From Ylistrum balloti (taxonomy: Eukaryota), in the NCBI RefSeq assembly GCF_031769215.1, contig NW_026782129.1:744001-808000 (forward strand): a DNA stretch of 64,000 nucleotides. Direction: 5' to 3'. This document shows, piece after piece, positions 11,901-24,900 of the stretch. The position numbers and the translations under genes were made by a program. Position 1 is the first letter of the stretch, and each line of letters begins with the position of its first letter. The notes beneath the pieces were generated by a model. That model did not search any database. It was not told the DNA's origin and saw only the letters and a list, made by a program, of their open reading frames with translations.

Positions 11901-14900
11901 AACAGTAGCAGTACAAAGGTAAAAATGTAAAACAATTACTTCAAAATCACTTTTACGGAAATAAATAGCACCGAATATAAAATTACCATTGTGATTTCTA
12001 TAATTTCTCTCAATTTAGTTTTCTTTGTGAAAACGCATTTCTCGTTATGTTGAACTCAATTTGAATTTTCTATTAATTCAAATGATAGATAATAAAAATG
12101 CTGAAAGGCAGAAGTCAACACATGAAGGAATTACTGGAAGAAATGGAAATGAGAGACCACGCCTTCCAGGACCTTGATGGAGATCGGGCTATCTTAGTTC
12201 CCCAAGTAGAAGCCCAGAGGTACGCACATACTCATTTGTATACATTCAAGTGTACTAGATAGTCGATAACAATATCACCATAGATAAAGTGATTCAAATG
12301 TTTATTTTACATAACTGGTGTGTTCTCATTCAAGTGAGTTTGTGCGTTTACATAGATTTGGGTGTCATATCAGACAGAATGCTTTAGTTCATCAGATCAT
12401 TGTTACAATGTATCGAGGACTGTCGAAATCGCTGACGTCATTATTATCAGAAATTCATATGTAAATGAGAAATACAAAGATAATTTATTCTGCTCGTACA
12501 CGTACACATACTAGCATATTTTAGAAGTAGACATTAGTCATAATAAACAGTCACATGTAACTGATTGATGTCGTCATAATTCAGGAAATCCTAATGATAA
12601 AGTATAAAGATATCAATAATTATGTAAAAGGATATAACAAATAATTGTCTATAGAGGGTATATGGATATTCTACATTGGTATACAATTAATGGGGTTACA
12701 AAATGATATTCTCAATTAGTTTCTAACTGAAATTAACACCTAATTTCAGTTAGAAACTAATTGAGAATATAATTTTGTAACCCCATTAATTGTATACCAA
12801 TGTATAATCTATTCGTGAATGTAACGTTAAATGTCTGTTATCAATGATCTAAGTCATTCGTGTACATATCAGACACATTGCTTCGTTTGTTTGTTTTATC
12901 AAGTGTTAACATTTCATTCGTTACGGCTGACTGATTTAAGATAAGACGACGATAACCCTGACACAAATCCTTCTTCCTCTATAATATATTCAGAATTTTT
13001 ATACAAATCTAATCAAACCTTTCCGTAATGTATAAAGGTTGCACAAAGAACAACGATTATAAAGACTTGGCTTTATAGAATTTTTACACAAATCTAATCA
13101 AACCTTTCCGTAATGTATAAAGGTTACACAAAGAACAACTTATCCGAGACAATAAGCGACTACGTGAGGAGATACGAGACGTGAAAGGAAAACTGAGGAA
13201 GGAGAACCGAGAGATGATGAAATTAGGAGAGGTTCTCAGTAACGCTTCTAGTACCATCAAAGAGGTGTTGGTGGTAAGTTTAACTTTTCAGACGGAATTA
13301 ATATCGTCTGAAATGATGTTAGAGTAGACTGGATACTCAAATGTAACGATTTCGTCTCCATACATGACTTACGAGTTATAGAAACACAAAACAGCCAGAA
13401 TGATGTAGTTTGGTCAATGTTTAGGATACATTGTATTTATTACTTACAGGTGTTCTGATGTTAGGTCTAATGAAAACGGAGAGATATAATCAGAGAGGTA
13501 CTGACAGTAGGTTTGATATCAGTGCTATCAGAGAGGTGCCGAGAGTAGGTTTGATATCTAGTGCTTTCAGAGAGGTGCCGACAGTAGGTTTGATATCTAG
13601 TGTTATCAGAGAGGTACCGACAATAGGTTTGATATCTAGTGCTAGATATTCTGACTGTAGGTTTGATATCTAGTGTTATCAGAGAGGTGCCGGCAGTAGG
13701 TTTGATATCTAGTGTTATCAGAGAGGTACCGACAATAGGTTTGATATCTAGTGCTAGATATTCTGACTGTAGGTTTGATATCTAGTGTTATCAGAGAGGT
13801 GCCGGCAGTAGGTTTGATATCTAGTGTTATCAGAGAGGTGCCGACAGTAGGTTTGATATCTAGTGCTTTCAGAGAGGTGCCGACAGTAGGTTTGATATCT
13901 AGTGTTATCAGAGAGGTACCGAGAGTAGGTTTGATATCTAGTGCTATCAGAGAGGTGCCGGCAGTAGATTTGATATCTAGTGCTATCAAAGAGTTGCCGA
14001 CAGTAGGTTTGATATCTAGTGTTATCAGAGAGGTACCGAGAGTAGGTTTGATATCTAGTGCTATCAGAGAGATGCCGGCAGTAGATTTGATATCTAGTGC
14101 TATCAGAGAGGTGCCGACAGTAGGTTTGATATCTTGTCCTATCAGAGAGGTACTGACAGTAGGTTTGATATCTAGTGCTTTCAGAGAGGTACTGACAGTA
14201 GGTTTGATATCTAGTGTTATCAGAGAGGTGCCGACAGTAGGTTTGATATCTAGTGTTATCAGAGAGGTACCGAGAGTAGGTTTGATATCTAGTGCTATCA
14301 GAGAGGTGCCGGCAGTAGATTTGATATCTAGTGCTATCAGAGAGGTGCCGACAGTAGGTTTGATATCTAGTGTTATCAGAGAGGTACCGAGAGTAGGTTT
14401 GATATCTAGTGTTATCAGAGAGGTGCCGACAGTAGGTTTGATATCTAGTGTTATCAGAGAGGTACCGAGAGTAGGTTTGATATCTAGTGTTATCAGAGAG
14501 GTGCCGACAGTAGGTTTGATATCTAGTGTTATCAGAGAGGTACCGAGAGTAGATTTGATATCTAGTGCTATCAGAGAGGTGCCGACAGTAGGTTTGGTAT
14601 CTAGTGTTATCAGAGATGTACTGACAGTAGTTTTGATATCTGGTGCTATCAGAGAGTTACTGACTGTAGGTCTGATATCTAGTACTAGCAAAAAGGTTAT
14701 GGCAATGAATTGAATATGTGTATCCTCAGAATTTCATTGTAAATATCTATCTTTATTTAGGAAAGGTGATCTTTCTGTCTTACTTTTCAAATTTTCGAAG
14801 TCATAACAAGAACAAGCAAACGCACTGTCAATCGAAAACTGATTTGAACAGACGAAAATAAATTAAGATAAAAATAGCATATATTTCTGAGCTAGATAGA

Positions 14901-16166
14901 AATCTTTTTCTCTGTTATGCATTTTATATTACAATCGAATATTGTGCGAGGCAAACTTTCTATAAGGATAAAAAATCTTCCTTTTACAGAAAGAAAATAA
15001 TCCAGGAGTTGTTACCCCTGTATACGGAATGGAAGAGGAAAGTGATACAGATCGTAAAAACACTCTATTGGAAGAATTGCTTGGTATGGTAACCATGGTT
15101 ACAACGCCGAAATCTGGAAAAAGTAGTCATGATAGATATAGAATACGTAAGAAGAGCGCCAGTGAAATACCCGGCAAAAAATCCTTGAAACGAGGGTAGG
15201 TTCTATTTGTATAAGTCGTTGCATCTCGAAATCTAGAACACTGTCCAACTTTTCATTTCTTTATATTGGGAAAAAACTTCCGTTTTCATTCATTGCATTG
15301 TTCGGAGTTGTCAAACTGATGTTGGCGTTTTTATGTTAACGTACCCATGAATCATGAAATTCTGATTTTTTTTATCAGTGTTATGATTATATATTCAGAG
15401 CACTACCTGTGTCGCCAATAGCCACAAATGCAAAAGGTACACTGTTTCACTACCAGCCTGGGGACTTAGGTATGGTACCTCGACCAGAAATACCAATACT
15501 TTCCAGTGTTGACAAAATGCGAGTAAAGTCAGCCACAACCAGATTAGGGGAACTCCGGAAGATGCTCACAAACTCTGTAGCGGTACAGACTGTGAGCGCA
15601 CCAAAGGTAAGGATGTTAACAAACATTGTAGCAACGAATATAAAAAGTCTTAAACCGTCCTATATCGACTTTATCTTTAGATTTAACGAAGAGTAATCAA
15701 TAGATTGATCGATTACGGACATTTATTGTTTGGATATATACCATCTAATGAATATTAACCGAATTTGTTTAAACTTGATCTTATTTTCAAGTTTTATAAC
15801 GAAATGTGATTACCATATTATTGTTAATATATTTCAATTACATTAACATAAGCTGTTAGGAAATATAGGTATATAAACCAGTACAATTTTGTCTTAAAAG
15901 TCCCAGACTATATCATTATTCCCATATGTATCAAACTGAAACTAGTAAGGGAGATTAACAATAAGCTTACGACATTGCAGGCCTTGTACTATGCTGATCA
16001 TCTCATCGACAATATTACCCCAAGACAACAACAAACCTTACTACACGAACAAGGACGGGAGCATTCTCGTGATCAGCTCCGGTCACGTGGAACGCCTTTA
16101 GGCAATCTTGGCCCTGCCAGTCCGGCTAAAAGGATGCTATATGGAAAGGGTCATAAAGTGACATGA
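8974..16166 (+). CDS. CFAP157: Cilia- and flagella-associated protein 157, 10 exons, 576 aa
   Basis: Exons 8974-9128, 9626-9747, 10089-10238, 10775-10928, 11651-11918, 12089-12219, 13123-13273, 14990-15195, 15399-15606, 15981-16166; all GT-AG, phases consistent, total 1731 nt. Recognised motifs: MPPKKKK start, QIRDLE, IVDKDRLKKEM, MADTTKRAIREN, YQPGDLGMVPR. Confidence 0.92.
10912..11330. repeat. 43-bp minisatellite starting at the CFAP157 exon 4/intron 4 junction (~9 copies)
   Basis: Unit ATTGTTGATAAAGATAGATGCGTTATATTTTCGGTTAAAAACC; first copy is the exon end ATTGTTGATAAAGACAG|GTACGTT. Confidence 0.9.
12672..12804. repeat. 133-bp palindrome: 64-bp arms, 5-nt loop, one mismatch
   Basis: Left arm 12672-12735 is the reverse complement of 12741-12804 except one base; loop ACACC; TA at both ends. 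Confidence 0.95.
12992..13139 (+). repeat. ~63-bp direct duplication of the CFAP157 intron 6/exon 7 boundary (85-bp offset)
   Basis: AGAATTTTTA(T/C)ACAAATCTAATCAAACCTTTCCGTAATGTATAAAG|GTT(G/A)CACAAAGAACAAC at 12992-13054 and 13077-13139. Confidence 0.9.
13490..14690. repeat. 39-bp minisatellite in CFAP157 intron 7 (~31 copies)
   Basis: Unit GTAGGTTTGATATCTAGTGTTATCAGAGAGGTGCCGACA; 3n period explains the 13-aa repeat ORFs on both strands. Confidence 0.97.
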
Positions 16167-16299
16167 AATATGTTCAAGACTTTATCAAGTCAATACGATT
16201 TTGTTATGTTAAGTTGATGTAAGAAATAATGTTGCAGACATCTTCCTGTATGTTATGCAACTTCAGTATTAAAATGGACATAACATACACAGTTTAGCA

Positions 16300-16305
16300 A
16301 ATAAA
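16300..16305 (+). terminator. Candidate CFAP157 polyadenylation signal
   Basis: First AATAAA after the stop codon (~135 nt downstream), just before the 34-bp array. Confidence 0.4.
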
Positions 16306-16368
16306 ATCGCTAAACTGGCAGAGCAGCAAAAATATTCTAGCAAATGGGCGTGACAAAGGGGTTCTAAA

Positions 16369-17842
16369 TTGTTGGTACATACCTGTACGAGACTCACCGA
16401 TGATGTTGGTACATACCTGTACGAGACTCACCGATGATGTTGGTACATACCTGTACGAGGTTTATCGATGATGTTGGTACATACCTGTACGAGACTCACC
16501 GATGATGTTGGTACATACCTGTACGAGACTCACCGATGATGTTGGTACATACCTGTACGAGACTCACCGATGATGTTGGTACATACCTGTACGAGGTTTA
16601 CCGATGATGTTGGTACATACCTGTACGAGACTCACCGATGGTGTTGGTACATACCTGTACGAGACTCACCGATGATGTTGGTACATACCTGTACGAGACT
16701 CACCGATGGTGTTGGTACATACCTGTACGAGACTCACCGATGATGTTGGTACATACCTGTACGAAGCTTACCGATGGTGTTGGTACATACCTGTACGAGA
16801 CTCACCGATGATGTTGGTACATACCTGTACGAAGCTTACCGATGGTGTTGGTACATACCTGTACGAGACTCACCGATGATGTTGGTACATACCTGTACGA
16901 AGCTTACCGATGGTGTTGGTACATACCTGTACGAGACTCACCGATGCTGTTGGTACATACCTGTACGAAGCTTACCGATGAAGTTGGTACATGTATACCT
17001 GTACGAGACTTACCTATGAAATTGGTACATACCTGTACGAAGCTTACCGATGGTGTTGGTACATACCTGTACGAGACTCACCGATGATGTTGGTACATAC
17101 CTGTACGAAGCTTACCGATGAAGTTGGTACATGTATACCTGTACGAGACTTACCTATGAAATTGGTACATACCTGTACAAGACTTACCGATGGTGTTGGT
17201 ACATACCTGTACGAGATTTACCGATGATGTTGGTACATACCTGTACGAGGTTTACCGATGGTGTTGGTGCATACCTGTACAAGACTTACCGATGATGTTG
17301 GTACATACCTGTACGAGGTTTACCGATGGTGTTGGTGCATACCTGTACAAGACTTACCGATGGTGTTGGTACATACCTGTACGAGATTTACCGATGATGT
17401 TGGTACATACCTGTACGAGGTTTACCGATGGTGTTGGTGCATACCTGTACAAGACTTACCGATGGTGTTGGTACATACCTGTACGAGACTCACCGATGAT
17501 GTTGGTACATACCTGTACGAAGCTTACCGATGAAGTTGGTACATGTATACCTGTACGAGACTTACCTATGAAATTGGTACATACCTGTACAAGACTTACC
17601 GATGGTGTTGGTACATACCTGTACGAGATTTACCGATGATGTTGGTACATACCTGTACGAGGTTTACCGATGGTGTTGGTGCATACCTGTACAAGACTTA
17701 CCGATGATGTTGGTACATACCTGTACGAGGTTTATCGATGATGTTGGTACATACCTGTACGAGACTCACCGATGATGTTGGTACATACCTGTACGAGACT
17801 TACCGATGAAGTTGTTACATACCTGTACGAGGTTTACCGATG
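16369..17842. repeat. 34-bp minisatellite (~43 copies)
   Basis: Unit GTTGGTACATACCTGTACGAGACTCACCGATGAT; variants GAAGCTTACC, GAGGTTTACC, AAGACTTACC and occasional 38-bp units. Higher-order blocks are visible. Confidence 0.97.
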
Positions 17843-20800
17843 AAAGCATTCTTTTTGTATTGAAATTGGTATTATTTTTTATCAATCGTCAAACAAACTT
17901 AATAAAATATACGATATCAAATATTCAATGTATACACATCAAGTCAGTAACATGTTTACACGATCATTTCATTTATCGTACTTGTTTACCAATTACTTCT
18001 TGAACATTCACGAATCAAGGAACAAAATATTTACGAAATAAGAAATATCGTTAATATATGTACGAATGGAATGTGCACCGGGGAGAAGTGCCAAATTGTT
18101 CTGCCACATAAATAAATCTATCATAATAAATACAGTATCAATGGACATGTATTTCTATTGGGGCTATTTTACACATCAATTAATTATGCAATGGGTCATC
18201 TGGTACAAAACATTTTATATAGATCAGGTAATCAATGCTGGTTCCGATGAAGTCTAGTTTTGTCTATTAATTCAATAGAATTCATTATTTAAAGTTTGTC
18301 TCTGGCGTCTTATAATTAAATGTACTGAACTATTTATAAAGCAATAATTAATGAATGTTGTAATAATGAAGTACACACTGGATTCGAGATGTCTGTTTTG
18401 TAATTGTAACATACAAACAATTCAATTGATATACACACAAACAAGTATATGTGACTGAAGTTAATGAGTCCAAGTAAATAACAACATTGTTGTTTGTAAT
18501 TAGTAATTAATCACTTGTAATTATTAACACAATAAAGATTAACATTGGTCTATCTATTAACATATCATTATCAATTCCGAATTCTGGATACCAGGGCAGA
18601 CGTGATTTAAGATTGGTGTGGATGTAACAAGAGTGTTATTATTTAAAGAACAACTGAAGAAAAGAGACTGTATGAATGTATTATTTTACCATTCCGGAAC
18701 ACGTCATCTTATTATCTTTTGTATTATTTCAAGATTCCAGAACCTTATCGTATTTTCTTGGTACTTTTGTCTGCGTGTAAATATGTGTTTACTATATTAT
18801 CACCTCTTTTCGTTGTTTTTGAGCTTGTATTAAGCTTTATATCAATGGTTTGCATGAAAGGAGACTATTAAGGAAAATTATGAACGTACCACATCTTGTG
18901 TAGGGAAATATACCCTACCCCGGCAAGTTTTAAATACAATGATGTGAAGTACCGGGGAAAAGATAAATTCTGATTGAACGATGATGATATTCCAGAATGT
19001 TATGCAGGTATTTAACCGTAGAACAGCCCTGATATGTAGTTACTAGTAATATGTTCACATTTTCTGTTTAATATGCCTCGATGGAGATCCATACACTTCA
19101 TTTCCCGGTTGACAAGGTGCTTAATCCCTTGGCGAAACGTTACAATGCTGCATCGTTTTGTGAAAGTGCTGTACATGTCTATCCTACATGTGTTCACACG
19201 GAGAATAGTTTTTTTTGTATGAAAATTGAAAGTGCCAGTATAGTGTACATGCAGATAAAAATAACACATTATTGGTAAAAACCAATGACATTTCCGAAGG
19301 TATCATCCTGTTGATCTAATGGGATTTACTGTCGTTATTACGGTATCAAATAATGTTTTTGAGTTGTCAGATAGATAGGTAGAGCATGCTTCAAAGCTAC
19401 AACCGTTATTATTTGGCACGCGAGACGCCAGTCATAAGCGAGATATGATCAAGTGAAGTCCCTGGTCTAGGCTACATGACGCTACCGTAATACTATACTT
19501 AAGCATACCTTTAAGATTGTTCTCTTGAAACTAATGTCATAACTATTCGACCGGATCGGCACCTGTTGTCACTAAGAACCTAATGGAATCCAAATCACTA
19601 GCCCCTGAAGCTTGCATGTCTACATTATTATTATCGTAATGCTTTGGACTACGTAAACTTTCGCTTTATGAATGTGGTTTCAATTCCAAAAGTGACATCC
19701 GACAATTTTATGGGACTCGTTTGAGGTGTGACATAAACTGGTAGTTTTGATACTGCATCGCGACACAACCGACTCTACAGAGCAATTTCAAAATATATTC
19801 ATTATAAAAATCGTAATCCTTTTCATTCAAAATATAATTGAAGTAAAATTTAAAAAATGCATGGTTTCAGCATATCTGTAATACATCAATTAAACATTAA
19901 ACAAGGATATTGCTTGCATGGGTTAGGAAAAGAAAGTAAGCTTCAAATAATGATTAAATGAACATTTCTATAAAATGTAGTCATAAATGGCAAGTTCTGA
20001 CTGCGAAATTCCAATTTTGGCTCAAGCGTAAAGATGTTTTCCTGCATTTCAGTTTCAACAGTTCAATGCTGAACGTTGAATGTTGAATGAATCCACAACC
20101 ACATTAACTTAATGAAAGGTCATTATACAAAATGTAGATATATAACACCATGAGGATATACAATGATTTAAGCAATACATAGAAATAAATTTTAAAATAT
20201 GGGAATTTATAAGTATGGCTATGATGAGATGTATCATCAAGCTATATTTGAAGGAATTCCTGTAACACTTTACAGTAAAAAACTGAGCGAAAAAACAGGA
20301 CGAGTTATCCATAAAAAAATACGTTTTAACTGTTGATGCGTTTGTCTGTTACTGTATTCGCTTCTGTGTGGCCAGAAGCCACAACATTTTCTGCGTATAG
20401 TCAAGAGTTTTAACACGAAGCGATTGTTAACCAGAAGCGGTGTTTACCAAATATATTGGACGGGAGGAACGGAAGGTTCTGTGTTACACGGCAGCGACAG
20501 GTATTACGACATACATCAATGAGGTGTTAATGAGATTGTATGAGCCCATCTACGTACATACATCATCACCATACTATACTTTGACTTTAAATTTTCATGC
20601 CATTTGCTGTCTGCTTCTTTTTAGTATATCAGCGTTGTCAAATGTATGTTAACGTGAATTTCAAACTTGGAAACTGTTAACGGTAAACGAACGTTGGTCA
20701 GTGACCGTGGAAATAGAGACCGAGACGATTGGTTACAGTGATAAATCTTTATTCACACATTATCAAACAAAAGAATCACGATAATTTACAGTCCGTGGCT

Positions 20801-21979
20801 TTGAACACTTTGTCTTGGACGAAGGACAGAAGTATGCCAATAGCAGAAGAAGTCACAACCAAGCACAATCCAGCGTAACAAGCAATTCCGTGTTTAAATG
20901 ATTCACGGTTGATCGTATCCCATGAGCTAACGATGACAAAACACCTGCTGTAAAACGTTAGGCGAACCCCAAATCTCTGGGGTCACAAATCACGGGACAC
21001 AGAGCTCCTTCCTTGTCAGACAGTGACTTCCGCCTATGTCACTGCAAAAAAAACTAAATATACATGATTACATGACAAGAACGTTAACTTCTTATTCGCT
21101 ATTTCAAGTATTTGACATTGTAAATTTGAGGGCTGATATCGATTACAATAGAACATTTGATGCACTTTCTTCACTCGTGGAACCCAAATAAGTAATTATT
21201 GATATACGCCTTGTATGTCTTATGTCCCTTCATTACAATACATGTTTATAAATTACAATAAACCAGTGATCTAAATGTGGAACTGCCACCTCACATTGAT
21301 ATCCGTATTCAGTAAGTTTGTTTCGTGTCGATTAATGGCTTGTAACGACCGACACAATGACAACTGAATGTAGTATATGTCTACCCACGGAGTAGTGGTA
21401 GCGACAGTAGGGGGAAGGATACGTTTGATTGAACGTATAAAACGTAAAACTAATAGTTCCTAACATTTCTGTAACAGATAATAGTTAACGAGGAAAGCTA
21501 CATAGACACTTAATGTGACCACTAAATATCACATAATGTAGCTACAACACGTTAGAGAGGCGATTCTATAATAAGTTACATGGACATGACAGGGGATGCT
21601 GATTACACAAACGAATATACTACATGTCAGAGTCCATCTAAAACACCTTATACAAAACTTGCAGCTCGGTTCACTGATATGAATAACTGTACACACAAAA
21701 CACGTGTAATAGTTAACCAAATTTGTGAATTAAATTACGACACAAAAGCAAGTCTCTAGACTCCACTGTAAATAGATACAATTATATATTGTTATGTAAA
21801 TCAGTGCCTTAATAAGCAATTGAGCACGTGCGTAGTATGAGCAACAAAATACTTTAGAGTTTAAGCTCTTATTACTGTAGTAAATGTATCTAGTGCAGAA
21901 CAAATCAAATTATGACAAAAATAACAAAGGTGTTTAATTAATTATCTGACTTTCTGTGTAACCTTCCTGTTACTGTAAG

Positions 21980-24900
21980 CTACATGACACTGCACGGGGA
22001 TTCGCCTGATATGCGTGGAGGGGTGATTACCAGGTCAGTTCCCATATCAGTTGCTTCGGCAATCATCTTTTGGACAGGAGCGATGGTACAATGGCTGTTG
22101 TAAAGCCCACATTTATAGGATCCACCAGCTTCAGGCTTGGCGAGGCAAATGAAGCAGAATTTCTGGCCGCAGACACACACCATATGTTTACATGCTTGTG
22201 TGTGCTGTATCAACATTCCACATGTAGGACAGGCTCGGATCGACGGGCAACCTTTAAGGCCTACTATTGTTTTCAAGGAAGCTTCTTTCAAGATTTTAAG
22301 TCTTGGATCTTCTCCCGTACATGCAGTATTTCCGCAGCTAGTAATACCAGACGTTTTCCATTTACCGAGGCAATACCAGCAAAACTCATACCGTTCACCG
22401 CTTTTGCTGCAAGACAGACACAACACCCGTCTATCTTTGGAATTTTCTCGCATGCAGAATATTGAGCATTTTGGGCACTCTTGTATTCCAGCTGATTTTC
22501 GCATGTAGTTTTGAGAAAGTTTTGTCTCAAAATCATTCTTTTCTTCATCTGTTAGTACAGCGAGTCGCCGGACTATGAAATATTCCCATACTTGTCCACA
22601 GTATGTTGAATTTTCTCGATCTATATAGGGACAGTGGAACTGACATTTTCCAGCAGTAAGCAAACTTCTGCAATATGCAGTCAGAGATTCTGGACCTGTG
22701 GACGTGAAACAAAATCGCATTCAGACCATCAACGTAAGGTTACCGTTATCAGACGCATAAATATATTTAAAACAATCACTGAATACCAACACTAGGTATC
22801 CATATAAACGAGTTTCGATAGTTCTTTTTCGTTAGAGACACTTACTATAAGTGATATAATGTTGTGGATGTAAATATATTGTAGAGTTACTAACCAATGG
22901 CGTGTCCACATGGCATTTTTGCCCGTTGATTGTTGGGGTCATCATCCCATGTAATCATATCTGGTAGATCAGTTAATTCCACGCCATCGTCCAGCTGTTT
23001 AGGTTGGTGTTGTGGTGTGGGATCAGGGTCACTACCTCCCGGTAGTTGAAATACTACGAACAGCTGTGACCTGTCCTGGAGCTTATAATCAGACAGATAC
23101 ATCTTTTTCCCTTTTTTGGTCATCTCCAATTCTTTAGCTGTAATACATACATATTTTACAGGTATTATTTAATTAAAATTCAGTTGCATATTTATTTTAT
23201 ATGGTAATATATTTTTGTAACTAATTGATGCTCTACCTGCAAACAGGACATGTTGGCTTGTGGCTTCTATTCCGTTCCATTCGGAGATTTTTCTCATTAA
23301 GTCCTCAACAGATGCATCCTACAATTAATGGATAAAAGACGAATTAATCACATTCTAGTCATTATCTTTCATTCATGTTGAGAATTTAGGAAAATAACGT
23401 TTTAGTTCCGAAATCACATTAACACGTTGTATGCTTCCTGGCGGTAACAAGATGGTTGCGTCGATGTAGAATTGTGAATCGAAAATAAATGTTTGTTGAT
23501 CAGAGGTATTTTCAGTTCATGGCAGTAATAAATGTGTTATAAACCTTTACGAATTATTTGCGTCTGGCCAGACCGAGACATTACTAATATACAAAGTTTA
23601 TCTGCCGAAATATACGCTAACAAATTCCACTTAAAGACATCTGTGAATTTACTCAACGCCCTCTCGTTTACACTATCGGTCAGTAATGGCGGATGTCAGT
23701 CTTAAAGAGATAAACTCCCCAAGCATAAATCTGAAATCGATTGTTTACTACTCTTTTTTATCGCTATCACTTTAATTAATTTGTTAAAATAAAACTAAAT
23801 TCTACTTCAAACAAATTTCAATTTATCATGAGTTTTGGAAAAATGCCGTTCGATCTTATAATAATGTTAAAACGTCGTCTATGTCATGGCTAAGGCCATA
23901 CATACACAAGATGAAAGCATCCCCGAGGGTAGTAAATCAAAGGTATTTACATTTCGTAAAACATAATTCAGACAGAACTGACGAATTGTAAATAGCCTGG
24001 ACAACCAGTCATGACTAGGCGGTTCAATGTTCAGCTAGGACATGCTTTTCTTTTCCTTTACTGATTTTAGCGCTCAGAGGTTTTCAAATTCGTAAAGAGT
24101 TTTCTCATCAAATATCGAAAATGATATATGAGTTGCTTTGATGGGAGGGAGGGAGATACAACAAGGGACTGGTTTTGAGTTCAAGTAACGGAAGAAGATT
24201 TTATCTAAGCATCTAAAGTATTCGTAACCAGGTTTGGTTTTTTCATTTATTTTTGTAAAATGTTTCCATTTCGCCCACTCATACATCACTGGACCCCAAT
24301 ATTGAGACTTAAAGAAAATGATTTGCATTTTGTAGACATTTTGCCATCTTACATACAGTGATAAAAATACTTATCATCGATCTGCTTGTAATAATAATTA
24401 TAAAACGACCATGGATTATAAGACATTTCCCCTTTCTAATATCTGTCGATAATACTTCACAAAGGCATGTACTGAATAGATCTTTGTACAAATGTCACGG
24501 AAGAAACATCTTTCCAATTAATTATGCAAACTCGACAACATGACACGACTGTCAAGAACCGTATAAGGGTCCGAAAGGATGTTCTGAAGAAATCAGGAGG
24601 GAATACATTACGGTATGTTAGATGTATCTTTTAATAAAAATTCTCTTTAATTTGTTTTTTTATGACGATAGAATAAATCCCGAAAAAATTCGAAATCATG
24701 TTTGGTATCAAGATATCCATCAATATGTAGACATAAAAACACATTTGAATTATATTCCAATGTAAAACACTTTGAATAGCTATTTGGCGACTGTCAGTTT
24801 TGAAGTCTGTCTTCATTAAATACCGATACGAGATAAAGTAGTCCCATCAGTAACATACACATAGTAATTATACTTATTTTGTGTATATTTAAGGATATTT

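Noticed and set aside
13642-14713. 349-aa and 320-aa ORFs as genes
   Set aside because: Products of a 3n-period intronic minisatellite; the flanking CFAP157 exons join in frame without them.
15089-15102. Perfect palindrome GTAACCATGGTTAC as an RFX site in CFAP157
   Set aside because: Inside coding exon 8, both half-sites deviate from GTTRCC, and it is ~6 kb from the start codon.
16774-17639. Several 78-149-aa ORFs (same for 24816-25289 and 40368-41960)
   Set aside because: Frame-cycling translations of tandem repeats.
16369-17842. Regular repeat arrays (also 711-2870, 24979-25210, 39866-42195) as CRISPR
   Set aside because: Units are head-to-tail with no unique spacers, there are no cas genes, and the context is intron-containing eukaryotic DNA.
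20330-21047. Possible solo LTR or Helitron end (hairpin CAGTGAC...GTCACTG near 21021-21045)
   Set aside because: No TSD and no CTRR terminus found.
23545-23601. KLCILVMSRSGQTQIIRK as exon 1 of the Ubl-RBR gene
   Set aside because: Looks Ubl-like but offers only weak phase-1 donors; exon 2 needs phase 0, which 26014-26082 supplies with GTAAGT.
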